In this document: positions 22,512 through 32,442 of the stretch, piece after piece | How the letters are laid out: each line of letters starts with the position of its first letter | How positions within the stretch are numbered: the first letter of the stretch is position 1 | Assembly: GCA_963720465.1 (NCBI GenBank) | Contig: OY970393.1 | Coordinates: 640,001 to 704,000, forward strand | DNA: 64,000 bases | Direction: 5' to 3' | Origin: Methanobacteriota archaeon | Lineage (GTDB): Archaea > Halobacteriota > Bog-38 > Methanoflorentales > Methanoflorentaceae | Program-made: the position numbers and the translations under genes | The notes under the pieces: model-generated | Told to the model about the DNA's origin: nothing | What the model saw: the letters and a program-made list of their open reading frames with translations, nothing else | Databases searched by the model: none

Positions 22512-23243
22512 ATGTCATCCCATCGTGACCGCAAACATGCGGGCACCAAGAAAATCAAAAATCTGTCACCGACTGAAGAAGAGATCGAGCAATTAATCGC
22601 TATACTATCAGAAGTACAGAACCCAAAAACAAGGATGAGAGCGGCGGAAGCACTTGGCAAAATTGGAGAGCCAGCGATTAAGCCTTTGAGCTCAGCGCTA
22701 ACGGAAGAAAGATGGGAAGTACGCAGTAACGCTATTTTGGCACTTGAGAAGATAGGACAGCCCGCAACACACGTATTCCAAGAGGCAATGACCGATCAAG
22801 ATTGGTTTGTACGAGCAACTGCAGTGAAAGCACTCGGCCAAATCAAGGATCCTCGAGCCGTCAAAAGCCTCATAAGTGTTTTGAACGACAAAGACTGGTT
22901 CGTTCGTGAGCGCGCAGCTGAAGCGTTAAGCAAAATCGGAGAGCCCGCGATTGATCCGCTGATCTCAGCTCTGAAGGATCAAAATGGACTTGTTCGTGAG
23001 CGCGCAGCTGAAGCGTTAAGCAAAATCGGAGAGCCCGCGATTGATCCGCTGATCTCAGCTCTGAAGGATCAAAATGGACTTGTTCGTGAGCGCGCAGCTG
23101 AAGTTCTCGGCAAAATAGGTGACGCGACGAGTGTAAAACCCTTGATGGAAGCTTTCCACGACGATGAGCTTTACGTGAGAGCTAAAGCTGTTCTGGCATT
23201 TGAAAGAGTGAGAAGAAGGATCGCCGCAAGAGCTGGGCGCTAG
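22512..23243 (+). CDS. HEAT/PBS-lyase repeat protein
   Basis: Repeated VRxxAAEALxKIG...AIxPLI.AL.D units. Confidence 0.9.
   Translation: MSSHRDRKHAGTKKIKNLSPTEEEIEQLIAILSEVQNPKTRMRAAEALGKIGEPAIKPLSSALTEERWEVRSNAILALEKIGQPATHVFQEAMTDQDWFVRATAVKALGQIKDPRAVKSLISVLNDKDWFVRERAAEALSKIGEPAIDPLISALKDQNGLVRERAAEALSKIGEPAIDPLISALKDQNGLVRERAAEVLGKIGDATSVKPLMEAFHDDELYVRAKAVLAFERVRRRIAARAGR
22902..23103 (+). repeat. Exact 90-bp intragenic tandem repeat (about 2.2 copies)
   Basis: GTTCGTGAGCGCGCAGCTGAAG starts at 22902, 22992 and 23082; the first two units are identical. Confidence 0.95.
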
Positions 23244-23247
23244 AACC

Positions 23248-23267
23248 CTCGTAAGCGGTATTACGAG
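23248..23267. terminator. Hairpin between convergent genes
   Basis: CTCGTAA-gcggta-TTACGAG immediately after the HEAT gene stop. Confidence 0.4.
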
Positions 23268-23376
23268 CGTTTCGGGCCTACCCAGATCTTCAAGTTGCAG
23301 AAATAGTTCAGTTCTTCATTGAAATCGTGAGCGCCTTCATGCTATTTCATGCACACGAGACTGCTGGCTCGGTTTA

Positions 23377-23955
23377 TCACCTATGAAAATCAAGGAGCCT
23401 CAAGAAATACTCGTGAAATCTCAAATCATTGCTTAATTCGGGATGAAACGCCAGCGCTAGCTTGTTTCCTTGTTGCGCAGCAACGCCGTAGCTCTCGACA
23501 CGAGCTAACACGTCAGTTGCGTCTCCGACCTGCGTAATCGCAGGAGCTCGAATAAAGATACCATCAAACGGAGAATTGAAAACCGTCACCGTCAGTGGAA
23601 CCTGAAAAGACTCCGCCTGTCTCCCAAACGCGTTTCTTTTGACCTGCATGTCTATAAGCCCCAAACCATCCACATGCTCGTTTTTGTAATTAGACATGAT
23701 GATTAAGCCGGCGCAAGTCCCCATCATTGGGATCCCCCTGTTCCCAAGTATCTCCTTATCAATCCCTTCAAGATGCAATATCCTTGAAATTGTGGTGCTT
23801 TCGCCGCCTGGAATTATTAAACCGTCACAGTCTGGGACTATGCCTTTCCGCTTTATCATCACTATTTTGCAGTCCAAATCCTTCGAGGACTTTTCCAGAG
23901 CCGTTATATGCTCTGAAACAGCACCTTGAATAGCAACTACTCCGATAGTTAACAT
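23377..23955 (-). CDS. pdxT: PLP synthase glutaminase subunit PdxT
   Basis: QGAVSEH, IPGGESTT, GTCAG, RNAFGRQ, FIRAP, FHPEL. Confidence 0.95.
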   Translation of the reverse strand: MLTIGVVAIQGAVSEHITALEKSSKDLDCKIVMIKRKGIVPDCDGLIIPGGESTTISRILHLEGIDKEILGNRGIPMMGTCAGLIIMSNYKNEHVDGLGLIDMQVKRNAFGRQAESFQVPLTVTVFNSPFDGIFIRAPAITQVGDATDVLARVESYGVAAQQGNKLALAFHPELSNDLRFHEYFLRLLDFHR

Positions 23956-24223
23956 CGAACGGTTCCTTCCCGCCGAATCGCATGCGGTGTCAAAAACCCT
24001 CCGCGGCTATTTTGTCCATAGCTAATAATCCGACACACACACGACGAAAAGATCTTTCATAGCAACTGCGCACGTTCGCAAGAAACTCTGTAATGAGGCA
24101 TAGAGCTTATCATATAAAAGAACCGGAGGCCGCGAAACGTTTTGACAATATTATGCATTTGCCAATAAGGCAATCGATGAAATCGATAGTTATTTAGCCC
24201 AAAATGTTTTACGTTTTACAAAA

Positions 24224-25117
24224 ATGGCCAAAGATAAGATATTCAATATTAGAGTCTCAGAAGATGACTATGCCAAGCTTAAACAACTAGGCAGCATTCG
24301 AGCGCGTGAGATTTTGCTCGATGCCGTAATTGATCAACTTTTCGAGCAGGTTCCGAAAAACGAGATGGAAAAACTCATTTATACGTACGATAAGCTGGAT
24401 ATCGATTTGGCCAAGCTTGAACAAAAGGTCCACATCATCGACCAAAAGGCTCTTTCCAAATTGATTGATGATGATTATGCACAAGCTGCACTCAACGATT
24501 TTGAGGGTCTCTTTCAGCGCGTGGATCGATCCATCGCAAATCTCAACAGAGAAAGGTTCGAACTTCTGAAAGTGAGAAGGGCCGGGGCACGCTATGTCTA
24601 CGCCGGCGTCAGGGAGCTCGCGATTAAGCACCGACTGAACGACCTGCTCGACCGCCCAGACTCAGAATTGTACAACGAGTTAGCTTCGAGGCAATTGATC
24701 GATAACAAAGACAAATACAAGAAAAGCATCAGCGAACTTATCAAGAGCATCCAAGATAGAATCAAAGAAGAAGAGCTACTCTTGAACTCGCTTAGAGCGA
24801 TGAGCCCGTACGTCATAATGAAAGAGAACATTCAAAGCCAGGTCGACGCTTTGCAGGAAGAAATGAAAGACGTGCTTTACGTTATTGAACACATAAAAGC
24901 CCTGGAAAAAAGATACGTGTGGAACTTCTTAGAAAGCTTGAAGTATAGCAGTGAGAACGAAAAGTCTTCAGCAGCTAAGCTCTTAGAAAACGAGGACTTT
25001 ATGGGACGTTTCTATGACTCGGATCTCTCCTTATACGAAAAATTCGAAAAGTATCTTGTCTGTTGCGGGGTCGATAAAGCGCGAGCAAAAGCAATAGTAA
25101 AAAAGCACATGATGTGA
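24224..25117 (+). CDS. Hypothetical protein with an N-terminal ribbon-helix-helix-like segment and long coiled coil
   Basis: KIFNIRVSEDDYAKLKQL pattern followed by heptad-rich helical sequence. Confidence 0.7.
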   Translation: MAKDKIFNIRVSEDDYAKLKQLGSIRAREILLDAVIDQLFEQVPKNEMEKLIYTYDKLDIDLAKLEQKVHIIDQKALSKLIDDDYAQAALNDFEGLFQRVDRSIANLNRERFELLKVRRAGARYVYAGVRELAIKHRLNDLLDRPDSELYNELASRQLIDNKDKYKKSISELIKSIQDRIKEEELLLNSLRAMSPYVIMKENIQSQVDALQEEMKDVLYVIEHIKALEKRYVWNFLESLKYSSENEKSSAAKLLENEDFMGRFYDSDLSLYEKFEKYLVCCGVDKARAKAIVKKHMM

Positions 25118-25120
25118 ACC

Positions 25121-25147
25121 TTTTGAGCGTCCATCCGGCTCAAAAAA
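25121..25147. terminator. Possible bidirectional hairpin terminator
   Basis: TTTTGAGC...GCTCAAAA followed by further A residues, between the convergent ORF and tRNA-Ala. Confidence 0.55.
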
Positions 25148-25176
25148 GGAAGAGAGAGCAAAGCGCTGATTAACTA

Positions 25177-25261
25177 TGGACTCGACGGGAATCGAACCCG
25201 TGGCATCCACGTTTTTCTCCTAAGATGCGAACGTGGCACTCTACCCCTGAGTTACGAGCCC
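25177..25261 (-). tRNA. tRNA-Ala(CGC) with 13-nt intron (about 25213-25225)
   Basis: GGGCTCG/CGAGTCC acceptor stem with G3:U70; CCACG-TTCGCA[TCTTAGGAGAAAA]A-CGTGG; GGTTCGATTCC. Confidence 0.9.
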
Positions 25262-25369
25262 CGAACGCTAAATGTTGCGGGGCTTTAAATAATTTGCCAG
25301 TTCTCAGCAGATGTTTTATATCGAACTCTGCGCTGATGTCAGCAACAAAAATATGGAGAAGGAGCGGGA

Positions 25370-26368
25370 TCAGAATAGGATCTCAATATCCAGCTCCTCT
25401 GCCAGTTCTTTGTATCGATTTCTAATTGTTACTTCGGTTACACCGGCAATGTCAGCTACCTCTCTTTGTGTCCGCCTGTCACCGCAAATAACTGAAGCTA
25501 TGTAGATAGCTGCTGCTGCGACCCCTGTCGGGCCTCTCCCACTCGTTAGTTCTTTTTCCGCTGCTTGTCTCAGTATTTCGACCGCCTTGGATTGAACTTC
25601 ACCCTTGAGTTTTAGGCCGGAACAAAATCTCGGTACGTAGTCTATAGGCGATGTCGGAGTCAGTTTGAGATCAAGTTCCCGTGAGATGAATCTATAAGTT
25701 CTTCCGATCTCTTTTCGACTCACCCGTGAAACCTCTGCAATTTCGTCCAGAGTTCTGGGAACTGAACACTGACGGCACGCAGCGTATAGAGCCGCAGCCG
25801 CAACGCCTTCGATGCTTCTTCCTCGAATAAGATTCTTGTCGACTGCTTTTCGATAGACGACAGCAGCCGTTTCTCTTACATTTCTTGATAACCCAAGCGC
25901 TGACGCCATTCTGTCAAGCTCAGACAAGGCAAACGCTAAGTTTCTTTCGGTAGCATTTGACACGCGAATTCGTCGCTGCCATTTGCGTAATCGATAGAGC
26001 TGTGCCCTGTTCTTGGAAGAGATAGACCGACCATACGAATCCCTGTTTCGCCAGTCGATCATCGTGGACAATCCCTTGTCATGAATGGTATACGTCATAG
26101 GAGCGCCAACACGGCTTCTCTTCATTCGTTGATCGTGATCAAATGCCCGCCATTCAGGACCCATGTCCATGAAATCTTCATCAATAACTAAACCGCATTT
26201 GTCGCAAACAAGTTCCGCTCTTTCATAGTCTTGGACTAGCTGTCGCGAACCGCATTCAGGGCAAACAGCTTTCGATTCCTCGTACTCTCCAAGCTCTTTC
26301 TGGCGCTCTTTAGTAACTTCTCGCGCTTTTGCGCGCTCTATTATCCTTTCTCTTTCTACTTCAACCAT
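25370..26368 (-). CDS. tfb: Transcription initiation factor IIB
   Basis: CPECGS...CDKCG Zn ribbon, GPEWRAF, RGRSIEG, two cyclin repeats; start MVEVE. Confidence 0.97.
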   Translation of the reverse strand: MVEVERERIIERAKAREVTKERQKELGEYEESKAVCPECGSRQLVQDYERAELVCDKCGLVIDEDFMDMGPEWRAFDHDQRMKRSRVGAPMTYTIHDKGLSTMIDWRNRDSYGRSISSKNRAQLYRLRKWQRRIRVSNATERNLAFALSELDRMASALGLSRNVRETAAVVYRKAVDKNLIRGRSIEGVAAAALYAACRQCSVPRTLDEIAEVSRVSRKEIGRTYRFISRELDLKLTPTSPIDYVPRFCSGLKLKGEVQSKAVEILRQAAEKELTSGRGPTGVAAAAIYIASVICGDRRTQREVADIAGVTEVTIRNRYKELAEELDIEILF

Positions 26369-26384
26369 ATATCCACCTTTGAGC

Positions 26385-26615
26385 TCAGATGTAGACCTTC
26401 TCACCACGGAGTTCTCGCAAGTTAGCGAGGGTAAGGTTCTTAAACGGCTTCACAGAAATATACGGCGACGTTATTGGACCAAAAACGTCGTGTACCGTGC
26501 CAATTCTTTTCATTCGCTTCGTTAATACCGCAGAATCAATCGTTGGGAAGAATTCAGCTTTAAGAATAATATAGCCGTGATTTGATACGTGAAGTACGGT
26601 ACCTACCCTTCTCAC
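26385..26615 (-). CDS. gar1: H/ACA RNP subunit Gar1/Naf1
   Basis: [24 protein letters not shown]; conserved position upstream of tfb. Confidence 0.85.
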   Translation of the reverse strand: MRRVGTVLHVSNHGYIILKAEFFPTIDSAVLTKRMKRIGTVHDVFGPITSPYISVKPFKNLTLANLRELRGEKVYI

Positions 26616-26677
26616 ACCTGACCTCAAACGTTACGTATATATATTATATGTCAAACTATTTAAAGTTTTAGGAAAAC

Positions 26678-27316
26678 TTATAAAATTTCATTGAGGAGCG
26701 ACGTAGCGTTTCGACGAATTAAGCGCAGCGCTTGGTCTTCGTTCAAACCAGCCCCGCGTGCGATCTGCTCAGCCTCGACATTTGTAATCAGCTCAGTCCC
26801 GTGGCAGTCTGTGTTTACGAGGATATTCGGAGCAATTTTAGCCACGTGGCCGTTAGTGACGTTGTGACCGCATCGGGCTGTAAGCTCCAGATAAATCCCA
26901 TTCTGATTCGCAAGCTCTACATCTTCCTGGCTCACAAGACCTGGGTGCGCAATGATGTTGACATCGCTAATAGCTGCAGCCGCCTTGTTTGTTCCTGGCG
27001 CCACCGGCTCAGCAATGGTCTCACCATGTACTATTACTATTTGAGCGCCTAACGCTTTCGCTTTCCCAACGAGCTTTGGAATTTTTTCTGGCACGACGTG
27101 AGTAATCTCCGCTCCAACGAGAACTTCGATCCCACTGGACCCCTCAGCCGCTCGCTTTGTCGCGCGAATCACTGAATCGACATTAGAGAAGTCTACGTGA
27201 TCTGTTATTGCAATAGCCTCATGATCTGCAACATACGCTCGTCTTATGAGCTCACTCGGCAAAAGCGCGCCGTCGCTAAGAATAGTGTGCGTGTGAAATT
27301 CTATTCGCTTGTTCAT
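26678..27316 (-). CDS. PHP-family phosphoesterase (histidinol-phosphatase-like)
   Basis: HTHTILSDG, ITDH, HGET, AHPG, NTDCH. Confidence 0.88.
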   Translation of the reverse strand: MNKRIEFHTHTILSDGALLPSELIRRAYVADHEAIAITDHVDFSNVDSVIRATKRAAEGSSGIEVLVGAEITHVVPEKIPKLVGKAKALGAQIVIVHGETIAEPVAPGTNKAAAAISDVNIIAHPGLVSQEDVELANQNGIYLELTARCGHNVTNGHVAKIAPNILVNTDCHGTELITNVEAEQIARGAGLNEDQALRLIRRNATSLLNEIL

Positions 27317-27322
27317 GTATCT

Positions 27323-27619
27323 TCAAGAATCGTGCGAAGCTCGCGATGCTTTTATCGCGCGCGCAATTTGCCGTATCGCCTCTCGCTTTGCGCCATTGAA
27401 GTCTATAAGCAACCGCCCTTTGTGTTCCCACCAAAGTCGTGGATACGCTTTCTCATCTTCATAGGTGGGATTCAATCCTAGTTCCTGCGCTGCGCGGACG
27501 ATTTCCTTGATATCTGGCGCTCCTACCGAATCTCCCTTGGCTATGATTCGGCCTTCTTTTCGCGTTTTATGCGCGTCTATGTAGACAGGCCAAACAACGT
27601 TTTTTGTGGTCTTCGCCAT
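27323..27619 (-). CDS. srp19: Signal recognition particle 19 kDa protein
   Basis: VWPVYIDA..TRKEGR, KAYPR.WWE..GR. Confidence 0.92.
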   Translation of the reverse strand: MAKTTKNVVWPVYIDAHKTRKEGRIIAKGDSVGAPDIKEIVRAAQELGLNPTYEDEKAYPRLWWEHKGRLLIDFNGAKREAIRQIARAIKASRASHDS

Positions 27620-27679
27620 TGTTGCATAGCATCCCGTGTCACAGATATGTTAATATTGTCAAAACAGGCATTAAAGACT

Positions 27680-28330
27680 ATGCACAAACAGGAGATCGAG
27701 GTTGGCAGAGATGTTCTGAAAAAGAACAAGGAGGAGGCAGATCAGAACTTAACGGTGCTCAAACGATATGACATCCGGGCGTTCGACATACTCGGGTCAA
27801 TCGGTTCAGGAAAGACGTCAATTATCGAGAAGGTTGTGCCGATCTTGCAGCGTCAAGGATTACAGATCGGAGCGATTGCAGGCGACGTTGTTGGCGAGGA
27901 TGATTTTGTCCGAATGAAGGCGCTAGATATCCCAGTTGTTAACCTGAACACCGGAACAGAATGTCACCTCGATGCACATCTTGTTGGCCACGCCATTGAG
28001 AGGCTACCTCTCAAGGAGTTAGACATTCTGTTTATCGAAAACGTCGGAAACATGGTGTGTCCAACGGACTTTGAACTTGGGACTGATGCGAGAATTGTAG
28101 TAGTAAGTGTCACCGAGGGGGACGACGTCGTAAACAAACACCCCATGATCTTCAGGGTCAGCGATATTGGGATTATCAACAAAATCGACTTAGCGGAGGC
28201 CGTGGGGGCGAGCGTAGCGCGAATGAAAAATGATATGGAGCGAATTGCTCCACAGGTCAAACAAATCTTAATGAGCGTAAGAACAGGAGAAGGGATAAGT
28301 CAGCTTGTCGACCGACTTCTAAACTACTAG
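27680..28330 (+). CDS. hypB: Hydrogenase nickel incorporation GTPase HypB
   Basis: GSIGSGKT, ECHLDA, ENVGNMVCP, SVTEGDD, NKID. Confidence 0.95.
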   Translation: MHKQEIEVGRDVLKKNKEEADQNLTVLKRYDIRAFDILGSIGSGKTSIIEKVVPILQRQGLQIGAIAGDVVGEDDFVRMKALDIPVVNLNTGTECHLDAHLVGHAIERLPLKELDILFIENVGNMVCPTDFELGTDARIVVVSVTEGDDVVNKHPMIFRVSDIGIINKIDLAEAVGASVARMKNDMERIAPQVKQILMSVRTGEGISQLVDRLLNY

Positions 28331-28353
28331 CTTTTTTTGTTTCGGACGAGCAG

Positions 28354-28737
28354 CTATTGTTCCGCAAGGAGAATCGCGTTGATTGATCCGTCCTGGCCAG
28401 GTCGGTTGGTGACTTTCGCTTTGCCTAAGGTCGTTTGAACAACTGCACCTTTCGTGATTATGTTACGCCTTACGTAGTTCCTGTTTGCAGCGTTGAGTTC
28501 GACCGTCTCAAGATCCGCTTTGCTCGTGTTGCCCGTTGAAGCATCAGTCACATTCACATGAGCGCCTTTGAGAAGCCGTGTCTTTGAGTTGCCACCGAAT
28601 CCCGAAACTTGCTTCTTTCTGGTCTCTCCCAGCTGTGTAAGCGCCGACTCTCTGCCCATCTGATGTTTCCTCTTGCCGGCAGAATGCTTGATTCTTCCTC
28701 CTGTGCTGCGACGTACAGATTTTCCTTGCCACTTCAT
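28354..28737 (-). CDS. rps8e: 30S ribosomal protein S8e
   Basis: MKWQGKS.R..TGG, RRNIITKGA, RPGQDG. Confidence 0.96.
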   Translation of the reverse strand: MKWQGKSVRRSTGGRIKHSAGKRKHQMGRESALTQLGETRKKQVSGFGGNSKTRLLKGAHVNVTDASTGNTSKADLETVELNAANRNYVRRNIITKGAVVQTTLGKAKVTNRPGQDGSINAILLAEQ

Positions 28738-28994
28738 GAGTTACCTGTTGCCTGATGTTTGATAGGGGTTTTTATAGAGGATTCCTTATTTCAAGCTTTC
28801 GTATGGCTGATTTCCCTCACAGCTTCTGACTGTTTTGCTTAGCGACGCTAGCATCACGTCGATCTAGGTCGCGCTAATCACATTAATCGCGTTCAAAACG
28901 TCGAACATTCGAGCGTCGAAACTAACCCAGAACTCGAATTAAATGTCGCTGGCGCGGAGATCCCGTGAGAATCGAATCGTTCTCCATATTCCAC

Positions 28995-29018
28995 AAAAAC
29001 CGACTTGCGGCTTGTCGG
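28995..29018 (-). terminator. Hairpin plus U-tract after rfcS
   Basis: Minus strand CCGAC-aagccgcaa-GTCGG-TTTTT about 25 nt after the stop. Confidence 0.5.
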
Positions 29019-29042
29019 AGCGGCAGTTGACAAGCACTTCGT

Positions 29043-30011
29043 CTATGCAGAGGTAGGCTGATTTTTCTGATTCAGCAACACGAATTCTGCTATCAGGGCT
29101 TCTAGTTGTATCCTTTCGTCTGCCCCTTCGCTGAGTCGAAAATCAATCTCCCCAACGCTGTTAATGAGCTGCACTTTTGACTGGTCAGAGATATCGAGGC
29201 CTAAGAGCGCTTTGTTGATTTGTACTACAATTTCGCTTCCAGAGAAACCTTGTTCCAGAAGAAGAGCGTCTAGCAATGACAGCGCAAGTTTAAGCTTGCC
29301 CCCAATGGAAGCATATAGGAGATCCTTAATTGCTTGCGGATCGGGGGTCGCTGTAATTTGATAGATTGTTTCCTGATCGATCGCTGTTTGTATCGAAGCT
29401 GCTGACTGCAATGTGTTAATGGCTCGACGCAGATCTCCCGCGGCCACATAACTAATTGCGTCCAAAGCTTCGTCGCTTATTTCTAACTGCTCTTTCTTGG
29501 CGATGTGTCTCATCTGTGCTGTTAGCTCCGTTTTCCCAAGTGGTTTAAAACGATATACAGCGCATCTGGATTGTATTGGTTCAATTATCTTGCTCGAATA
29601 GTTGCACGACAAAATGAATCGACAGGACATGCTGAAGCTCTCCATAGTCCTCCGCAACGCCGATTGCGCGTCAGGTGTCAGCGAATCAGCCTCATCCAAA
29701 AAAATAATCTTGAAAGGCGCGCTGACGGGTGCGGTTCTGGCAAAGTTCTTAATTTTGTTGCGAACAACTTCAATGCCACGTTCATCGGAAGCATTGAGCT
29801 CGGTGAAGTTGCTCCTCCAATCATCTCCGTAGAGTTCGTGTGCCAACGCGATTGCCGCACTGGTTTTTCCCGTGCCGGCTGCTCCTGCAAACATCAAATG
29901 CGGCATGTTTTCTAATTTGACGTAAGATTGAAGTCTCTTAACGACTTGATCTTGTCCAACAACTTGGCTTAGCTTGCGCGGACGGTATTTCTCAATCCAT
30001 ATTTCTTCGAT
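29043..30011 (-). CDS. rfcS: Replication factor C small subunit (no canonical start; ATC proposed)
   Basis: EEIWIEKYRP, GTGKT, ELNASDERG, LDEAD, IQSRC; the frame extends upstream of the ORF-track ATG to an in-frame TAA. Confidence 0.93.
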   Translation of the reverse strand: MEEIWIEKYRPRKLSQVVGQDQVVKRLQSYVKLENMPHLMFAGAAGTGKTSAAIALAHELYGDDWRSNFTELNASDERGIEVVRNKIKNFARTAPVSAPFKIIFLDEADSLTPDAQSALRRTMESFSMSCRFILSCNYSSKIIEPIQSRCAVYRFKPLGKTELTAQMRHIAKKEQLEISDEALDAISYVAAGDLRRAINTLQSAASIQTAIDQETIYQITATPDPQAIKDLLYASIGGKLKLALSLLDALLLEQGFSGSEIVVQINKALLGLDISDQSKVQLINSVGEIDFRLSEGADERIQLEALIAEFVLLNQKNQPTSA

Positions 30012-30032
30012 AACGATCGCCTCCGGGTCTCC

Positions 30033-30421
30033 TTACTTACTCGCAGGCACTGCGCAATCGTGCACTTAGCTGATAATTTGCGATTATTGGCTCATAAGAT
30101 CGGCAAAAGGTAGGCCGGTCATATCTACAACGCCTTTGGCAGCTATCACCTAGAGTTTAATGTCCGGCGTATAACGATAACCGGTACATCCGTGAACTTT
30201 CGCGCTTGCGGCCGTGTCCTTATGTTTTTCTCGGCAAGCACTCTTTCAAGTATCGGCCCCGTATAGTTCCAGCTTTTTACTTCGCCATCTTCAATTTGAA
30301 CGCCGCGGTGATTTTGGCTTCGTATTGTGACGGGCAGGCCGTTCAACATGGCGTGAACTGTCAAAGCAAACGGAATTAAGTCGCTGCTCGTAAAGTCCGA
30401 TGAAAGCCTAAATTGTTCCAT
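30033..30421 (-). pseudogene. DUF2111-family gene, degraded
   Basis: LPVTIRS...GVQIEDGEV...NYTGPILERVL, then a frameshift to VIAAKGVVDMT and in-frame stops. Confidence 0.6.
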
Positions 30422-30857
30422 TATGTCCTTCTCCCTTTCCCGCAGCAAGGACAGCAGACGAAAACCCCGATCCAAGATTGTAACCGATCGGTTAAACGGC
30501 GTGCCAAAACGCGCAGACGCTGATAAGGCTCTCCCGATTGTCAAAGCACTGCAGACAACGTAGCTGCTACTAATTCGGGTATAAAGATTTAAGGCTTTAG
30601 TCGCAGTTTGCCAGCCGCGTGCCAAAGTTGAGAGGCGACAACGCTACGCGCTTTGTTCTTCTGCCACTAAGCTATGCGACACACTTGCGACTTCCGTGCT
30701 CTAAGCGAGCGACGCGAAGCTTATCAAACGCCTGCAGAAGACGGCTGTGCTCGCGAGCCGACCTTTCAGGCACGCACATCTACCTCGGGCGTGATCGTAT
30801 CTGATGTTCGTTAAACTACGTTCGCTATGGTCGTCTTGCGATGTTCGCGTCTTCACC

Positions 30858-31973
30858 TTATTCCACGGTCTCAAACCTGCCCTCAAGCTTTCTAAGCACT
30901 TTGGGGAGAGTTGTGTACTCCATATCCTGAAGTGGCAGTCTATGGGGCTCAAATGGTCCATGTCGCCTCATATAATTCGCAATCAAATTCGCTTCGTCGC
31001 GCGCTGCATCGTACGCAGGATCGTTGAATAGATCAACAGGCCCGATAAACTTCCCGTTAGCTATTTGAAATCCCGCTGCGACGGCACGCGGAGGGCCATC
31101 AAAGCGAGTGCACTTTGCGTTTTCAAAAGCGACCGGCATGACAGGGCCATTATGACTGCCTCGCATCCAGCCACTGACGAGATGAGGGAACGTCCAGGGT
31201 TCCAGCACTTCGCCGAGGGCTGGCAATCCAGACTGAGACCGCACAAGCGCCACTGGATCGTCTTTACCCACATATTCGCCCGCGATTTCAAACAGCTTTT
31301 CGGTGCTCACTGCTGCGGCCGGTTCGTCAGATGGCAATTTTCCCCCTTCTTTTGGATAGACCCGCTTTATAACGTAGCGGCTTTTTGCGCCGATTAGTGC
31401 GAGCATATCATACATCTCAGCCGGACAATCCATGAAAACGCGCGTGTGATCTTTAATATCCCATATCTCGAATCTGAAGCCCGTATGCATAGTAGGATCG
31501 ATCACAAGTCCTGCAGTGTTGAACGGATCGGCAAACATCCTAAAAACCGGAAGGTTGAAAGCGCCAGGCTCGGTTTTGTCCATCATGAAGGCGATGAGAG
31601 GCTCGCCCGTTCGTTCTGTGAACTCGATTTCAGTAGCACCTGGGCCCATCCCGCGTATGTTCCCTGCAAAAGAGTCTTTCAACATGTCTTGGCCGGCTCC
31701 ATACAGCTTCAGGACTTTTGCGACGTCTGTGCACGCGGTAAAAATTTTCCAGGCAAGTCCGTGCACTTCTGCATCATTTTCGCCTTTAGAGTGTCCCATA
31801 AGAAGCTCAAGATCATCGCCCACACCCATAACCCTGAAATCAAAAATCGTGCCTGTTTTCACAGCTTCTCCAAGAATCTCTTCTGCCTTTTCGCAGAGGT
31901 GCGGGTGAACGGTCGCGTGCCCTGGAAACCCTCCAACGTCCGCTTTTATCAAGCTTATTGTTACCTTAGCCAT
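30858..31973 (-). CDS. fbp: Bifunctional fructose-1,6-bisphosphate aldolase/phosphatase (class V)
   Basis: IKADVGG.PGH, LYGAGQD, DKTEPGAFN, YVGKDDP, GWMRGSH, RHGPFEP. Confidence 0.97.
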   Translation of the reverse strand: MAKVTISLIKADVGGFPGHATVHPHLCEKAEEILGEAVKTGTIFDFRVMGVGDDLELLMGHSKGENDAEVHGLAWKIFTACTDVAKVLKLYGAGQDMLKDSFAGNIRGMGPGATEIEFTERTGEPLIAFMMDKTEPGAFNLPVFRMFADPFNTAGLVIDPTMHTGFRFEIWDIKDHTRVFMDCPAEMYDMLALIGAKSRYVIKRVYPKEGGKLPSDEPAAAVSTEKLFEIAGEYVGKDDPVALVRSQSGLPALGEVLEPWTFPHLVSGWMRGSHNGPVMPVAFENAKCTRFDGPPRAVAAGFQIANGKFIGPVDLFNDPAYDAARDEANLIANYMRRHGPFEPHRLPLQDMEYTTLPKVLRKLEGRFETVE

Positions 31974-32201
31974 AATTAACCACCGATGCTGATTCAAAAA
32001 ATGTTGTCAGCCAAACTTTAATATACATCCCGCGTATTTAACATTCGCGAAAACAAATAATGCGTTATTCTCCCTAAGCGCCCGTTTGCCAATGCGGAAA
32101 GGTTTAAATTAGGGAAGCCTATATTAAGAGCAGTGAGGTTTTCCTATCGCTAATTGTGAAATCGTAGTTGAACTTTTAGAGTACAGTATCGAAATATACG
32201 A

Positions 32202-32296
32202 GGGCTCGTAGCTCAGTTAGGCAGAGCACCTGGCTTTTAACCCAGAATCTAAGGAGAGATACCAGGCGGTCAAGGGTTCAATTCCCTTCGAGCCCG
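32202..32296 (+). tRNA. tRNA-Lys(TTT) with 21-nt intron (32240-32260)
   Basis: CCTGG-CTTTTA[ACCCAGAATCTAAGGAGAGAT]A-CCAGG; CUUU/AGAG central helix gives a canonical BHB at 37/38. Confidence 0.92.
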
Positions 32297-32442
32297 TCTT
32301 TTATCACCGACTAAACGACAAACGCAAAAATCCGAAGTAGGCAACTGAACAAATTGAACGACGCTCGGAGAATAGAGATCTGCTTTGCAGAATTTCGAAT
32401 CCAGTCATTTTTGTCCCCCTATGATGCAGTTTGGTGGTGCGC

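Noticed and set aside
22902-23103. CRISPR-like repeat array
   Set aside because: The 90-bp units are contiguous, have no spacers and encode HEAT repeats in frame.
27680-28330. Orphan hypB away from hydrogenase genes
   Set aside because: From recall, the srp19-hypB-rps8e neighbourhood is common in methanogens, so it is not unusual.
28740-29040. SRP (7S) RNA near srp19/rps8e
   Set aside because: It has the right length and some hairpins but no helix-8 CAGG/GGAA/AGCA motif or GC-rich terminal helix on either strand.
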